DNA of 64,000 nucleotides from assembly GCA_964016885.1 (NCBI GenBank), contig OZ024741.1, forward strand, positions 328,848,001-328,912,000, read 5' to 3'. The stretch is from Eledone cirrhosa (lineage: Eukaryota). Under the pieces are notes generated by a model. The model worked only from the letters and a program-made list of their open reading frames with translations. It searched no databases and was not told the DNA's origin. Position numbers and translations under genes: made by a program. Numbering within the stretch: position 1 is the first letter of the stretch; each line of letters opens with the position of its first letter. Shown here piece after piece: positions 26,592-42,237 of the stretch.

Positions 26592-26657
26592 TATTTTATC
26601 TGATGAAAGCGCACCATAATTTGCCTTGGTGGCCCTTGAAATATGTATAATAAAATA
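26592..26657 (+). ncRNA. Type I hammerhead ribozyme motif
   Basis: TATTTTAT-CTGATGA-AAG..CACCA..TGGTG..CTT-GAAA-TATGT-ATA-ATAAAATA; 8 bp stem I. Confidence 0.8.
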
Positions 26658-26964
26658 AATATGGTTTTATAAATATAGTTTACATTTGTTAATATATTGT
26701 ATATATATATATATATATATATATTTCTTTATTTATATGTGTGTGTGTACATACACACACAGACATATACACACGCATGCAGACACACACGTATACACAT
26801 ATACATATCTGCAAACGCACACATACATACACATACACATGTATACACGCACATACAGATAGAAACTTATACGCACATATGTCCATATGTGTACACACAC
26901 CCACGCAAACACACACATATATACACACATACGGGCACACACATACCTACGCACAACCTTATAT

Positions 26965-27043
<79 letters not shown>

Positions 27044-27792
27044 CATACATACAAAATACACGTACGTACACATAACTACATACACACATACATACACATG
27101 TATACATAAAAAAACTCTACATGCATACGCACACCCACATATATACATACATATATACATGCACACATATATACATCTACATACATATACATACGCACAC
27201 GGACGGCCACATGCAGACATATGCACATATGCATATTTGCTACACACACATGCTTCCACACATACATATATAAACAAAACCGTAAAATAAAAACAACAAT
27301 ATATAATAAAAAACACAATATACCATAAAATAACGGTAAAATAACATAACATAAAATAAAATATCAATATAGTATACAATATAATATACATATATATATA
27401 TATATATTTAAGTCGTTTGGAAGCCTCGACAATGCAAATGGGTAAATCTCCGGGTAACAAGGTCCGGTGGTGGAGAGAGAGATGTAAGTGGGTGTACGTT
27501 GAGATGCGTGGTGTGTATAAGATGTGTGAGATGTGTAGAAAGAAGGGAAGAGTATAAAGGATGAAATAAAATTAACAACACAAGAGAGAGTTACCTTGGG
27601 AGAGATTTAATAGTCCCTATATATTTCGGATTCACATCCATCAACTGGGGTTTTTTTCGGGGTGGGGGAAAAGGTTGTCTGTCGGTAAAGTCCGGAACGC
27701 CTCCTTCACTGTTTGTTGTTTTGAATATATATACATACATGCACACATATCCATACATACATATACGGATATATACAATGGATATATGATAA

Positions 27793-27828
<36 letters not shown>

Positions 27829-27830
<2 letters not shown>

Positions 27831-30200
27831 TTTCATTTATTAGCCAGAAGGGCCGACATGTAGGGGACAATACAAAGACAGGGACAGTGGGGGTTTACGA
27901 TAAGGTCGAGTAAAAGTGCACAATGGCAAGACTAATTTAACAATGAAAATATAAAAATATAAAATAAACTATGCATAAATAAAACAAAATAAATTCCCCG
28001 ATAGGGGGTGGACGACCCTGGGGTGATTCGGGCACCCCACCAATCCTGAACCACCCTGCGCTTCTAGGGCACCCAGGGAGAGCACCCCTCTCCTCAAGTT
28101 AGCTAGCCTATAGGCGCATGGTCAGAGTAGATCCATTCACACGAGCCATTCTCACCACATTCACCCACCTTGTTGCAAATGTACTGGAGTGCAGCACTTC
28201 TCTCTCCACCCTCACCTTCCTTTCCAGGTGAAACTTGAAGAAGTTGATGAGGGATTGGCCGAAGAGAAAAGTGTCTGTTTTTAGTCCTTTCAACCTGGTC
28301 CACCATATAATCTCTTTCGCAACTGCCACCAGACAGAGGAAAATTTCCTGCTCTTCCTGACTTAAGGAAGGCGGTGGATCGATCTTCACTATGGACTCGG
28401 CCGATAGCCGGATTCGTTCTACACGCGACAGTAGCTGTTCGACATAACTCCACAAGTCAGTAATGCACGGACATTGGACAAGTGCGTGCAGAACGGTTTC
28501 GTCGTTCTGTGCGCATCTTGGGCAGGTCCGTCTGACAGCACTTCCGTGCCTGTAGAGTTTATCCCGACCGGCTGTGCCCCCCGGCAGTGCCCCCCGGTAG
28601 CACTGCCAAGCGAAGGATTTCTGGAAATTGTCCATCGTCCCCGGCTCAAAAGTCCTCCGGTACAGACTGGTCAGTTCGACTTCGTCGAGGCCCAAAGCTT
28701 CTCCGAGTGCGTCATCGCACTTGCCCACCACTAATCCTCTATAGAACTCGAGAGTGGAAGTTCCACTGATCGCATTGCCCGCTTGGTAGAGGGCAGTGAG
28801 TGCCTGGCAACATTCCAGGTGCCAGTCAGCCAGTCTCGGTCTCTTCTTGACCCAGGACTGCAGATCGGTGAAAGAAATGAGCTGCGGAAAGGCCCGTCTG
28901 ATAAACGGCGACCACACCTGTTCACCGTTGAGGCAGAATATCTGGAGATGTCGCAGCCTCAACGCATGTCTGCGCATCATTAGCCACGGCATGCCCAGCC
29001 CTCCGCGTAGAGGGTGCTGGCAGCAGATGGACCGCCTCACCAACGGAGTTGATACGTACAGCAGGGAAGAGAGAGGGCACCCTTGACGGACAGATCGGGA
29101 GAGCCGAAATGGTTCCGAGAGGTGGCCATTAACCTTGACCACCGAGCGTGTGCCGCTGTGCATTGCAACGATCCAGCTTCTAAAGACAGGGCCGAAGCCA
29201 GCTGCTTTGAGGACAAACTCCAGATACCGATGGTCGACCCTATCGAATGCTTTCGATTGATCTAAATTGATCAGTGCCCCGGTGAAGCTAGGTTTACACC
29301 CTACCCTCTCTATGATGTATCGCATGAGGTGGAGATTGTTGTGTATGGACCTGGCTGGGATTGCGCAACTTTGCGCCTCCCCAACCAAATCCTCGACGAC
29401 AAGCGTCAATTTCTTTGCTGACACCTTGGCCAAAATCTTAAACTCTGTGTTGAGCAGAGTTATGGGCCTGAAGTTGTCTAATGTATCCCTCTTGTTCTCG
29501 TCTTTCCTTATTAGCGTCACCACTCCCCTGCTCACAGAACTGCCAGTTGCAGTAGAGTGCTTCGAGGAGTTCAGAGAACAAGTCTGGCATATTTACGTAA
29601 AGCTCGTAGGGCAGGCCATCCAAACCGGGTGACTTGAGCCTCAGGCAGCCGACAGGGGCGTCCTGAATTTCGGCTGAAGTAATCGGCTTTTGCAGCACTC
29701 AGCGTCGACCGTCGAGATGCGCGGCAAGCCGTCAAGGTACGGACTGAAATGCGCTACTCTCTCTGACTCGCGACTCTCCCTGAACAACCGAGCAAAGTGA
29801 TGCCGAAAGGCCTCACACATCCGCTTGGAATCGCTTATCTCGTGTCCGTCTCGGTCCGCGAAAGACCAAATTGTGGTTTTATTACCACGCTGCGCCCCGC
29901 CATGCGGGCCCATCGAACAGCTTTAGTTCCCTCGTTTCTCAGCGTACGCGCATTAGCTCTGACAATGCAACCTTCGTGTTTGGCATTGAAGAAATGGTCT
30001 AATGCCATTCTCGCCGCTAGCACGTCAGTTGCGATGCCACTACAAATAGCCTCGTCTAACTTATCTACCAGCTCCCCCTCCTTTCTATTTTTCTCTAACG
30101 CTAGTTCTTTGCTGAACTCTATCGAAGTTACTCTAATCTCTCTTTTGAGAGCCACCCACCATCTGTTGTTGATGATCCCCCTGTCAACTTTTGCTTAACT
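27829..30200 (-). mobile_element. Tx1-type L1 LINE ORF2 fragment, frameshifted, RT partly deleted
   Basis: KSPGLDG, NFRPITLLN, LDQSKAFDRV, VRQGCPLS joined directly to RRSICCQHP, zf-RVT; the 3' end runs into (ATT)n. Confidence 0.9.
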
Positions 30201-30206
30201 TAATTG

Positions 30207-30368
30207 TTATTACCCAGTGTATTACTGGTACTTTATTTTATCGACCCCGTAAGGATGAAAGGCAAAGTCAACCTCGGCGGGATTTGAACTCAGAATGGCA
30301 AGGGCCGTAACTCTATGCGCCAAAGCATGGCATCCGACACTCTACCAATACTGCCAAATCCACCGCCT
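30207..30368 (-). mobile_element. tRNA-derived SINE
   Basis: Family head and core motifs. Confidence 0.8.
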
Positions 30369-31369
30369 AAATAATAATAATAAAATGAATATATAATCCA
30401 TCCGTACACATTCCCGTGATATGTACACACATATATATATATACACACATAAATACACATACATATAGAGACCCACATATACATTCATACGCACACACAC
30501 ATATATATACATACGCACCCACATTCACACACATACATACTCATACGCAGCTATACGTACATATATATTACATATATACATATATATACACACTCAACCA
30601 CATATGTACATACATGTACATGCATGCACACACACGCTTATAAGCTCATGCATATACGTACACATGCATACATACACACCCCATACACATCCACGTATAT
30701 ATATATATATCTACATACACACACACACATACATATACCTACGCACAGGTCTACACATGAAAACACACATATAAACACAATAGGATAATAAAATAAAATA
30801 AATAAATTTACAATATTTTAAAATACATTAAAATCTGTATGTAACTTCACAAATAGATAAATAAAAAAGGGGTAAATAAAAAACGGGGGGGGGGGTACAG
30901 GAGAAGGTACGTGTATCCATGTGATATACTACACGCAGGTAGTTTGAGGTGCAAACTTAGGTCCGTATATGGAACAAGTAACAATAACAAAACAATAATA
31001 ACAGTAATAATAATTGTTCCAAAGTCGAAAATGTGGAGAGTATATAGTCACGATTGACGGGGTACACATTCAAGGGGACGCTTGGCCCGGTCACCATGGG
31101 GTATTCCACCGTGGCTGAGGTGTTCTGTTCTATATGTTTGGGGTATTGGACCGGACGACCGTGGACCCCGTGTTATCCGTTCCCAGCCTAGGCGATGTAC
31201 CTGCCCAATGTTGCGTGCTCGGTCAGGTGCGCACCCTGGTTTACTTATGTTTTCCACACGGGTCGCACAATGCCATTGGGGCATGGCGTCAGGTCCCTTA
31301 ATCCCGTTGGGCCGTTCGGGTCTGTGCGTACCCAGTTCCATGCCCCTGGCCTGTGCCACCCGGAGGATT

Positions 31370-32335
31370 CCATGCTGCAAATGTGCATCTTCTCTGGTGT
31401 CTGTAGGTCATGATAATTTCAGACTTCAGGTTGACCGCGTCATCTTTCAGTCTGACTATCTCCAGGGCCTCGTGTAGGCATAATCGGCACTTTCTACTTC
31501 CAGCCGAATATGCCCTCGCATGGCGAACGATACTCTATTCCAGGGCGTATGGAGTGCCTTGGTCTTTCAGGTCCCACACCAGGTCCACTAACCTAGTGGA
31601 GTGCCTTTTGAAACGGTCCCTGAAGGAATTCGTGTGATTATACATCCGCGATTTAAAGGTCGTGGATGTTGCGCCATGGAGGTGCGATGCGCATTTTGGG
31701 TTGTAACCACACACTTGTATGTAAGGTCCTTCGTCAGGCATTTTCCCTGCAGGGGGCACTGGGTGCCCGCTCTGCAATTACAAGTTCTGTTGTCAGTTCT
31801 TACGCATCTGATGTTCGGGCCTCGTTCTGTTATGGCCTTCTCAAGGTTCCTTGAGTGTTGTTCCGCCGACACTGTGGCCTCCCCCATGCCACTAGTTCCC
31901 TCTCGGCGTTGGACCACAACATCCTCCGCGGGCGTTCCGGTCGGCTAGGGGGCCGGGTTGTCATTTGAGGGCCGGTCCCCGGGTGGTCCTCTACGCTCCG
32001 ATAGACGGTCATTCTGTCGCCGCGGTTGACGGCCAATGTTTGCCATCTTCACCGCGTTAGTTTTAGCCATGTAGTCGGCCATGTTAGGTGCGGTGGTGAA
32101 GGAAAACTTCACCTTGTGGCGGTTGAAGATTTTGTGGTACTTGTTCGTCGGCGGAAAGCACTCATCCAACGCTCGGAAAAAAAGTCCTGGCACGTTGGTG
32201 CGTACATGTTTGGAGTAAACCAAGTAACGGCCTTAGATCTGTTCCTTCGCGTGCGTAGATTCGTGTTGGTGTGTCCTGGACCCGATGTACGTCCTGTGCT
32301 CCACCCAACCACAATTATATCTCCTGTGTTGCCTG
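31370..32335 (-). pseudogene. GC-rich Penelope-like GIY-YIG fragment, frameshifted
   Basis: VTWFTP, FPPTNKYHKIFNRH, CNCRAGTQCPLQGKCL, FKSRMYNH, KCRLCLHE. Confidence 0.85.
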
Positions 32336-32674
32336 GAGCGTAAATAGACGTATGAGATACCGAACCCAGCCTGACTCCATTGATGTGTCTCTACCGTGTA
32401 GCAGTAAATAATGACCAGAACATAAGATGACGTAGAATAACAACAGCCAATGGCATGACAAGAGTGGAAGATGTTTTTTGAAGGTATTTTTTTACGATAA
32501 CACCCCAGTGAGGAAATTTGCTCCGAACGAACAACCCGTGTCCGAGGGAACCCGCAGCCGTAAACCAGCCAGATCCATACATTGATCATGTCTCGAGTTA
32601 CCTGCCGGCGAAACAATTGTAACAATCAATAAACTGAGTCCAGATGCATCACTGATTTTTCGATTTTTTTATAC

Positions 32675-32762
<88 letters not shown>

Positions 32763-33097
32763 CATATATATATACGCACATATATATATATACATACATA
32801 TATACACATATATAGATATATATAGAGAGAGAGCGTCAATGATTTTGGTTGCTCTTCCACCCTAGCTTCGTCATGAATATGATGTTTGCCCTGGCTTCAG
32901 TTTTGATGAAAATCATGTTGCTTGAGTTGGGGCTGATTTCTAACAGGCGGTGCCGCGTTGCAGTATGCATTTAATGGTTCATGTTAGAACATATTATGAC
33001 ACGTTAGTACGAAAACGTACAAGTGCATTGAAATCAAAATCCCTGCATATGATTTTTAGCTATGTACTTTTTCCACGAACTATTTGAAGCCTCCTCG

Positions 33098-33129
<32 letters not shown>

Positions 33130-33427
33130 GTATACTTTATATTTTCCTGCCTCCCTTAGTTTAAGCTATATTTATACTGCACTCTGTAGCTCAGAAAATT
33201 GATTTTATTCCGTTTTTCTATGACCCAACGTCAGGAATTTGGCACGCAAAACCACTTTGGCTATATTCATCTCACTCTGCTATTACTCACTCATGCACAC
33301 ACACACACTTACAACCCTCCACACATATGTGTAGATATATACATAATTAGACAGAGTTACATTGACGGAGTCTAAAATCCAAATCCGCGAATGGACTAGT
33401 TAAACCTAAGTAACTACATCTAGGAAT

Positions 33428-33525
<98 letters not shown>

Positions 33526-33832
33526 ATATATGTGTGGCGGGTGTTAATATGTGTGTCTCTGTGTGTGTATATATACCAGCGTGTGTGTGAATCATGTGGG
33601 TCAAAATATATTGTAATAAACTCTGTTTACAATTTGAGTCTAACGCTTTCGACTTTCGTGAGATCTATCAAGATAAGCCACAGGGATTTTTATAGATGGA
33701 AATTTCCACTTAAATTTTATATATGGAGGTGAATTCTTATTATCATTAGTAATTTTGCAGGTAAAACGAATCCAAGGTTCACATCCATGGGGTAGATCCG
33801 ATCAATTGAATATAAACATTATCCATTGATCA

Positions 33833-33916
<84 letters not shown>

Positions 33917-33945
33917 GAAGTTGATGTTCAAAGAGAAATCGAGTG

Positions 33946-34158
33946 TGGGGAATTGGCATTATTGGTAGAGCGTCGGACAATATCGTTTGCAGCATAGAGT
34001 TATTGCTCTTTACATTCTAAGTTGAAATCCTGCAGAGATTAGCCTTATCTTTCATCATTTTGCGGTCGATAAAGTAAAGTACCAGTTATACATTGGGGTC
34101 CTTCACTTGACTCCACTCCCCCAATCGTTGGCCTTGTGCCTAATTCAGCAACTGTTAT
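33946..34158 (+). mobile_element. tRNA-derived SINE, diverged
   Basis: Family motifs. Confidence 0.7.
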
Positions 34159-34299
34159 AAAAAGATTAGCAACAGGAAGGTTTCCTATGAAACTGTCCGT
34201 GTCTCTTTAAATAGGACTCTTATGGTTAAATGTCAGAGTGAATTTCATATAATATATTCCTATATCTAGTCAGTATTTCAATTATCCTTTGAATATTTA

Positions 34300-35050
34300 T
34301 AAAAAGTGAACATTTTGAGTTTGCTTCTCGCGGAAATGTTTAATTGTTTGCTTCGTCGTATTTCCCTTAGTTCCGGTTTTTGTATTTGTTGTTCATGTAC
34401 TCTGAGCCGTTCACATAGAGTTACTGGTCTCACCAATATAATCCTCTTTGCAGCCGTGACAGTATATTAGATTTCTTTGTTATGTAGTTCATTTCTGCAT
34501 ATATCTTAAAGGGTTCAATACTAAATGTTATCTCAGAACCAGTTTACTACCGCATATTCCATACATGCATGTTTTAACAGAAACACATTTTTTTTTCATT
34601 GTAAACTCTGCCCTTGTGAGGTGTTTTTTAAGGTTCGTTGGTTGACATTTGCTGTTTATGATTGAGGTTTCTTTCACTAGATCTTTCATTTTTGAGCTTT
34701 AGAAAAGGATTGGTAAGTTCGCCTACAGGGTGGCGAATATGCTTAGTACACCTGGACCATAGGTGTTGGCAAATGGAATAGTATCTGCCTCAACATGTTG
34801 TCTATGAGTCCTGAATTTAGATATATCCAGTTCGTTGTCATTCTTCTTCCGCAAATCATACACAGATCCGTAGCTCATGTCCGTTTGCCTGACACGACCA
34901 TTCGTTCTGGCTCTCCTTTTCGTTTCTTCTAAGCGTAATAAATATAATACGTTAGTGTAAAGACTTGTAACGTCAGATTTAGTTAAAATATTCACCTGGG
35001 GGGCCAATCAATGGAATGTTTAAAACCACACTATGCCATCACGTTAACAT
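34300..35050 (-). pseudogene. Decayed PLE of a second lineage (Neptune-like, tentative)
   Basis: SDVTSLYTNV RT motif; CHGCKEDYIGETS..ERLRVHEQQI endonuclease remnant. Confidence 0.6.
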
Positions 35051-35340
35051 TGTGATATTTTCCGTTCGCCACTTTGTTGGACTTATTGTAAATTTGACTC
35101 GGACACCAAAAGTATCAATTAAAACCTTCGCAGTGTGAATTTAAGATATAAATATTGGTATGCGCCTATCTTGACATTTCCTTGATAAGAAATGAAAGAA
35201 ATGCCTCAAACAGATTTTAAATTTCCAATTTCAAATAGGTCATACATGTTTCAAATGTTTATATGAATTCTTTGTCACTGAACATTCAATAACTGACTCA
35301 TTTCCTTATATATATATATGTGTATGTGCGTGTGTGTGTG

Positions 35341-35471
<131 letters not shown>

Positions 35472-35476
35472 GTATA

Positions 35477-35595
<119 letters not shown>

Positions 35596-35711
35596 TCATA
35601 TATATATACATATATATTTATCATACATACATATATATATATATATGTGTGTGCGTGTACGTATATGTATATATCATTGTGTATGTACGTATGTATATGT
35701 GCATATAAAAG

Positions 35712-35750
<39 letters not shown>

Positions 35751-36111
35751 GGGGGGGTATCTGTAAGTAAGTTGAATCTTTATTTGAAGCAACGTAAAAA
35801 CCAATTATATATACAAATGCATTTCGAAAGAACACTTGAGGTAAACCACTGAACAATTTTAATTCTACATATGAAGCATTTTATCAGTTACCTTATTCCC
35901 TCGATCATTTGCTGCTTACTATAAAACGCAACAACAAAGGATCGGCCCCAGTTATCCTGTTGTTGAGATTATACGCTAGAAAAGGTCTTGAAGGGTCAAT
36001 GTCTTTATGGACAATGTGATTTCTAACAAAGGTTTGAGATATAATAAGGAAATAAGACAAAACTTTAATAACATGTATTAAACAAGGAGTCAATCATATG
36101 CTCAAAACGCG

Positions 36112-36142
<31 letters not shown>

Positions 36143-36246
36143 GAATACACACACACACGCACAGAGACATACACACATACACACATTCATTGGTAAACAC
36201 AAATTCACATACATGTTGATATAAATACATTCGTGCGTATGTTTGT

Positions 36247-36282
<36 letters not shown>

Positions 36283-36619
36283 ATGTATGTATATATATAT
36301 ATATGTATACATATATATGTATTTATGTATACATATATATTTATGTATGTATACATATATATGTAAGTATGTATGTATACATATATATTTATGTATGTAT
36401 ACATATATATGTAAGTATGTATGTATACATATATATGTATGTATGCATATATATATATATATATATACATATTTGTGTGTGTATGTATATATATACATAT
36501 ATGTGTGTGTATGTATATATATAACTTTGTGTGTGCATGAGCATGAGTGTGTATATAAGGATGGAACGCAAAGTCAATCATCTTCTCAATATACACATGC
36601 ATAATATATATGTGTGTAT

Positions 36620-36751
<132 letters not shown>

Positions 36752-37250
36752 ACGCATGTGTCTGTGCGTGTCAGCCATTAAAATTCAATATGTTCTGATG
36801 CATTGTTACTTCAAGTATTAACATAAATTGAAATGTTTATTACATTTTCCTAATAGGAACTTTCTACAATTACTAAACATTTGACCGAGGTGACAGCTTG
36901 ATAGAACCTCTCCACAATATTTTACTTCATTTCGAATTGCCGTTCTTTGTATGCTCTCCTGTGTGGAAGGCAGCGAATCGGTAGGAATTAGAAATGGTTC
37001 TGTAATTGTTCCAGCCCATTGCTCTCCGATCTCAAGTCCTGTCGAACCATCTGTACCTTTAATCCTTTTTAGATCGATAAATAAATTACTCGTCGTGTAC
37101 TAGGGCTATTTCTTCCACTTGGGCTATTTCTTCCACACATACTCTTTCTTTTTATCTTTTTGTCTCTTTCTCTCTCTGTTTGTCTCTCACTCTCTTTCTC
37201 GTTGTCTCTCTCTCTCTGTCTCTCTCCCTCTCTCTTTCTCTCTCCCACCC

Positions 37251-37324
<74 letters not shown>

Positions 37325-38999
37325 GTATTCTTTATTTAAAGATAGGTGAGAGACTGTTCTTGTCCAAAATACATAATAATTTAATAATAGCATACATAGA
37401 TTATATTAACATCAGAACAGGATTGCTGGTAATACCAGGTAGAACAACTTTTTATGAAGAGTACTGTTAAATAATTCTGACAATTCTAACCTTCCATAAC
37501 TTTAGAAAAAACTTTGTTTACAATTAACAGCTGAACCATGCGGTTAAAGAATTCATCGATCGGTAATTAAACACTCTTTAATATGTTATATTTATAATTG
37601 ATCCTGACAATTTCTTCATCAAGATATTGTGTGTAATATCCAAAGGGAATGAAAAGCGTGTAAATCAAATAAATAATGTATTAACTGTAGACCTGCGTGA
37701 CTTATTTCTCTGTTAATATATGCCCTGTGATTTAAATCTAAGATGACCAGAGGTATACCGACTGGATTTCCATAATCTGGATATAAAATAAACCACGTTT
37801 GAGCTTTAAATAAATATCTGAACGCTTTATCATCTTCGAAAGAGAGGGTGAGAATGCGGGAGGTGGGGGTCCAATGTAGGGTACCTGCAGAATGACATAG
37901 GTGTTGGAGGGGGGGGGGGTCATGTTTTATTGTATGCATTCGTCTAACGACAGTAAGGTCATATGTTCTATTGCTGTCGATGTGATGTATCCTTCAGGAA
38001 AACACTTTAATTCATGTGGCCTCTGCTCTGTTAGCAGGCACAAATTAGCTGTAAGAGGGTCTATGTTGAAAAATAATCCCCATTCGGTCATTCCATGAGA
38101 GTATCTTGATCAGCCTATGAACTTTTCAGCCAATAAACTTTCAGCCGACCTTCGTATCTGTACTTCTAAGGGCAAGTCTTCTCACATTATGTGTCATGCT
38201 GAATCTTCCTGAGAATTGCATTAATGGTACACTTGCTTTTGAAATGCTAAGCCACTTACACGTTAAGAGCAGCCTGTTAGATTAATCAAATAACTAACGT
38301 TCTAATTGTTAGACCAATCAGGCTGGTCCAGCAAACACATCTCGTTATGCGTGAGTATATATGCCTGTTTGTTAAAATAGTGGATCCTATCTGAGTGGCT
38401 GTGTATGAATCTTATGTGTATGTGCATGTCGCTGTGTATATATAAGATTGAAAAACGTGTTTAATAGTAGAGAGTATATGTAAGGTAGTGGAACAGGCGG
38501 AATATATATGTAAGTAGATGTGGAGTTGTAGGTGAATGAAACCGGCATTAACGATATAATAGCGTGTGAATGGTATATTCACATATTAGAATGTGATATC
38601 GACATAAAAACTTAATGGAATAATGCTTAATGGGATAATGGGAGGTAGATGATATTATTGACGTATTAGCATATAGTCCTTATATCTAGCAGAAACAAAA
38701 GGAAAACATATTTTAGTGTAGTCAAAATATCAATATTAAGTGTGAGTTTGAAGTATATGGATGGAAGTGGATGGTGTGAAGAATGTTATAAGAGATTTAT
38801 CAATACATTAGGGATACCACTCCAGAGGATAAAAAAACAGCCGATAAAAATACCGTAAGACATTGCATCCCAAGCTCTAATACTACACTTACAAGCATGC
38901 AAGTAGATACACACACACAAACACACACACACTTACATATGTAATTGCATATATGTCTATATATTTATATATATATATATATATTTGTAGTAAGGTTGC

Positions 39000-40600
39000 T
39001 TGGATGGAATCTACGCTAGAGAGGTTGGTAGCTACTGTTATCCTAAGTCCTTCGCTACCACTTACACCACCGTCGATGGTTTAGACAGGGAAATCATCGC
39101 TCACTGCCGGAAAACCCTCCTCTTCAACGACGGAGTAGCCTAGGCAAAGAAGTCTACAACTTCAGACCTATTCAACGTTTCCATGGGATCGTTTAACAGT
39201 GCTGACATATGTGACTTGGTTGGCCTATTTATTTTAGACATATTACGTGTTAGATTCCCGGACTTCCACACGGGAATACATCGTGACGATGGACTGATCT
39301 TATCGAGCCATAAAAGTGGTCACGACCTCGACTGGTTTAAAAAAAGACTTAGCTTCTACCTTCAATGAGTTAGGCCTTAGGATAACAGTAGCCACCAACC
39401 TCTCTAGCGTAGATTTCTTAGACATTAATTTGGACCTTCGCACAAACACTCACAGACCCTTCTATAAGCTAAACAAAAAACTCAATTACATTCACAAGGA
39501 CTCACCCTCCCACTAGTTTCAGAAACTTCGTAAATAATATCAGTACTAGAATCTCAAACCTCTCCTCTAATAAGGCTATCTTTGGGAGGGCGGCATCCTA
39601 CTATAACACGGTGTTAGCTAACAGCGGCTTCTCACAACCTATCACCTACTCTCCCACTAGCAACAACAGCAATAAGAAAAGAAAGCGCAACAATAGACAA
39701 ACTATCTGGTTCTCTCCTCCCTTCTCACTCAACGTTAAAACCAATGTAGGCAAACAATTTCTAGCCCTCATAGATAGACACTTTCCCATGGGTCATAAAT
39801 ACCGCTCCATCTTTAACCGACACAAAGTAAAACTAGGATACTCCTGCGCTAAGAACATGAAGGCCCACATCACCAACAGCCCTAGGAACAACACCCCACC
39901 AGGGTGTTTTGCCGTAAACCCGAAGCTTGCCCCCTTCAACAGCAATGCAACACACCAGCTGTAATTTATGAAGCTGTGGTCACTTCCAACCGACCAAACC
40001 AACCACAGGAGGTCAAATCCTATGTGGGTATGGCGGAGGGCCGATTTAAGGAACGCTTCCTGAACCATCAGTCGACATTTAGGTACCCGGACAGACGTTC
40101 ATCCAGGAAACTCGCGAGCCACGTATGGTCCCTCAAGGACTCAAGAATAGACTACTCCATTCAATGGAAAGCCATCACTAAGTCCAAGCCATACGCAAGG
40201 GGAAATCCGTCGTGTGGACTGTGTATTGACGAACAAATAAATATTCTAAAGAGATTATGCAATAGTGATTGCCTAAACACGAGAAATGAATTTTTCACAC
40301 GTTGTCCACACGTCTCGAAACATCTATTGCATAACTACAAAGCTCCGGATTGAATGAATTATTGTAACAACATCAATATTTTTTCTTATCAACTAAAAAC
40401 TTTTCGGACTTTCGCAGTTATCTCCCTTACACCTCTCGCACTCACTTTAGTATTGCCTTGTGAAGTGACGGGTTTCTGCGCATGCGCGTTCGTACGGTTG
40501 TCCTTCCTGTTCCGTATAACCATGCCCATTACGAGCTGAGGATCCACTAAGGTGAAACAATTGTTCTCGGTATGGTGAACTAACAGTTGTGTAACCACTT

Positions 40601-40602
<2 letters not shown>
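39000..40602 (+). mobile_element. Penelope-like element, 5'-truncated, RT + GIY-YIG with frameshifts and a 3' HHR
   Basis: MGSFNSADICDLVG, GIHRDDGL, DFLDINLDL, IWFSPPF, VIY..YVG..FKERFLNH, CGLC; ends in (TA)n. Confidence 0.9.
40532..40569 (+). ncRNA. Type I hammerhead motif in the PLE 3' end
   Basis: CGAG-CTGAGGA-TCCACTAAGGT-GAAA-CAATT-GTT-CTCG, ~180 nt after the GIY-YIG stop codon. Confidence 0.8.
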
Positions 40603-40637
<35 letters not shown>

Positions 40638-41014
40638 CCCGTATGTGTCTATGTGAGGAAAGTTTTACCAAAAGCGGTGAAGTGGACTGGCAAGTATTTC
40701 GGCATGCGGGTGTGTGTATATATATATAGGTGGACTCCTATTGTATATCGGGAGGTGACTACTGTTAAAAAAGGTACACTATATGTTAATTGAGTATAGG
40801 CATCATAATTTATTACAGAAATAATTTCTGCCGGACTAGAACTGGTTTATTCGTAAGAAATCATCCTATATATATATATATATAAGCTAGTTACAATAGA
40901 TGTGACGATTCCTTGCAGTAAAAGCATCCATTAGAATTTATTGTGATGAAGTCAACTAATTTCATTAATGTTTCACCTTCCTACGAACGTATTTTTTCTG
41001 TCCACGGAGACACA

Positions 41015-41098
<84 letters not shown>

Positions 41099-41539
41099 CG
41101 TTTATTTTTCACAGCATTGCTAAATATTCTATGTTTATTTGAAATAGGTTAAACTAACATTTCTTCCTTCCTCGACATCCTCTCTTCTATGTTATTCTTT
41201 AATTCGCCTCTTTTCTCTTATTTACTTTACCTTAAGCAAGAAATGTTACTTCACTTAGCATCAGTACATTCACTTGGCAAAAACAACAACAAAAAAGATA
41301 TATAAATCTCTATGAATAATTACGCACAAATGTTTTTGACGGCACATAGCTTAGCTGGAAGGGTGCTCGGTTCACGATGATAAAGTCGTGAGCTCTATTC
41401 CCGTAGGCGTGTTATATCAAAACACTATTATATGTTGTTTCTATTGACTCAGCGTTGTCTTTCACTTTGTCCCGTCGAATACCCTTGAGAACTACAAGAG
41501 GTCGTGTGTTTATTGAATGCTTGGCTACTTTCAGTATAA

Positions 41540-42237
41540 TTGTTTCTATTTTTTGGCACAATGAGCGATTTGAAGGGAAGGGGAGGTCGATTAAATCTAC
41601 CCTAGTACGTTACTGGTACTTTATTTTATCGACCCCGTAAGGACGAACGGCAAGGTTAACATTGACGCGCTTTGAACTCATAATATAAAGGGTCATAACT
41701 CTATGCCGTAAATCATGTCCGATGTTCTAATGATACTGCCAATCCTCTCCAATAATACAAGATGAATTGTTCCTGCAATTCAAATGACCAGCCTTGTCTT
41801 ACTTTTTCACATCAAATACCCTCGAAAACTACAAGAAGAGGGCAAGTGTCTATCCAACGTTCAGCTACTTACATTATAATGGTTCCTGATTTAGGCTAAA
41901 GGCCGACAATTTGGGAGAGGGGAAAGTCGATTAAATTGACCTCAGTGCGTGACTGGTACTTTATTTTATCGTTCCCTTTAAGGATGAAAGGCAAAGCTAA
42001 CCTCGGCGAGATATGAAGTCAACGTAAATGATCGTAGCTCTATGCTGCAAAGTTTCTTATATAGGCACAAGGCCAGACATTTTGGGGGAGGAGAAAGTCG
42101 ATTAAATCAACCCCAGTGCGAGACTGGTACTATATTTTATCGACCCCGTAAGGATGAAAGACAAAGTAACCTCGGCGGGATTTGAACTCAGAACGTAAAG
42201 GGCCGTAACTCTATGTTGCAAAGCATGGTGTCCGACA
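41540..42237 (-). mobile_element. Cluster of three SINE copies
   Basis: Repeated family core; youngest copy 42053-42237. Confidence 0.8.

Noticed and set aside
35892-35956. Possible minus-strand exon DNWGRSFVVAFYSKQQMIEGI
   Set aside because: Plausible donor but weak acceptor, unrecognised peptide and no partner exons; cannot be supported without RNA data.
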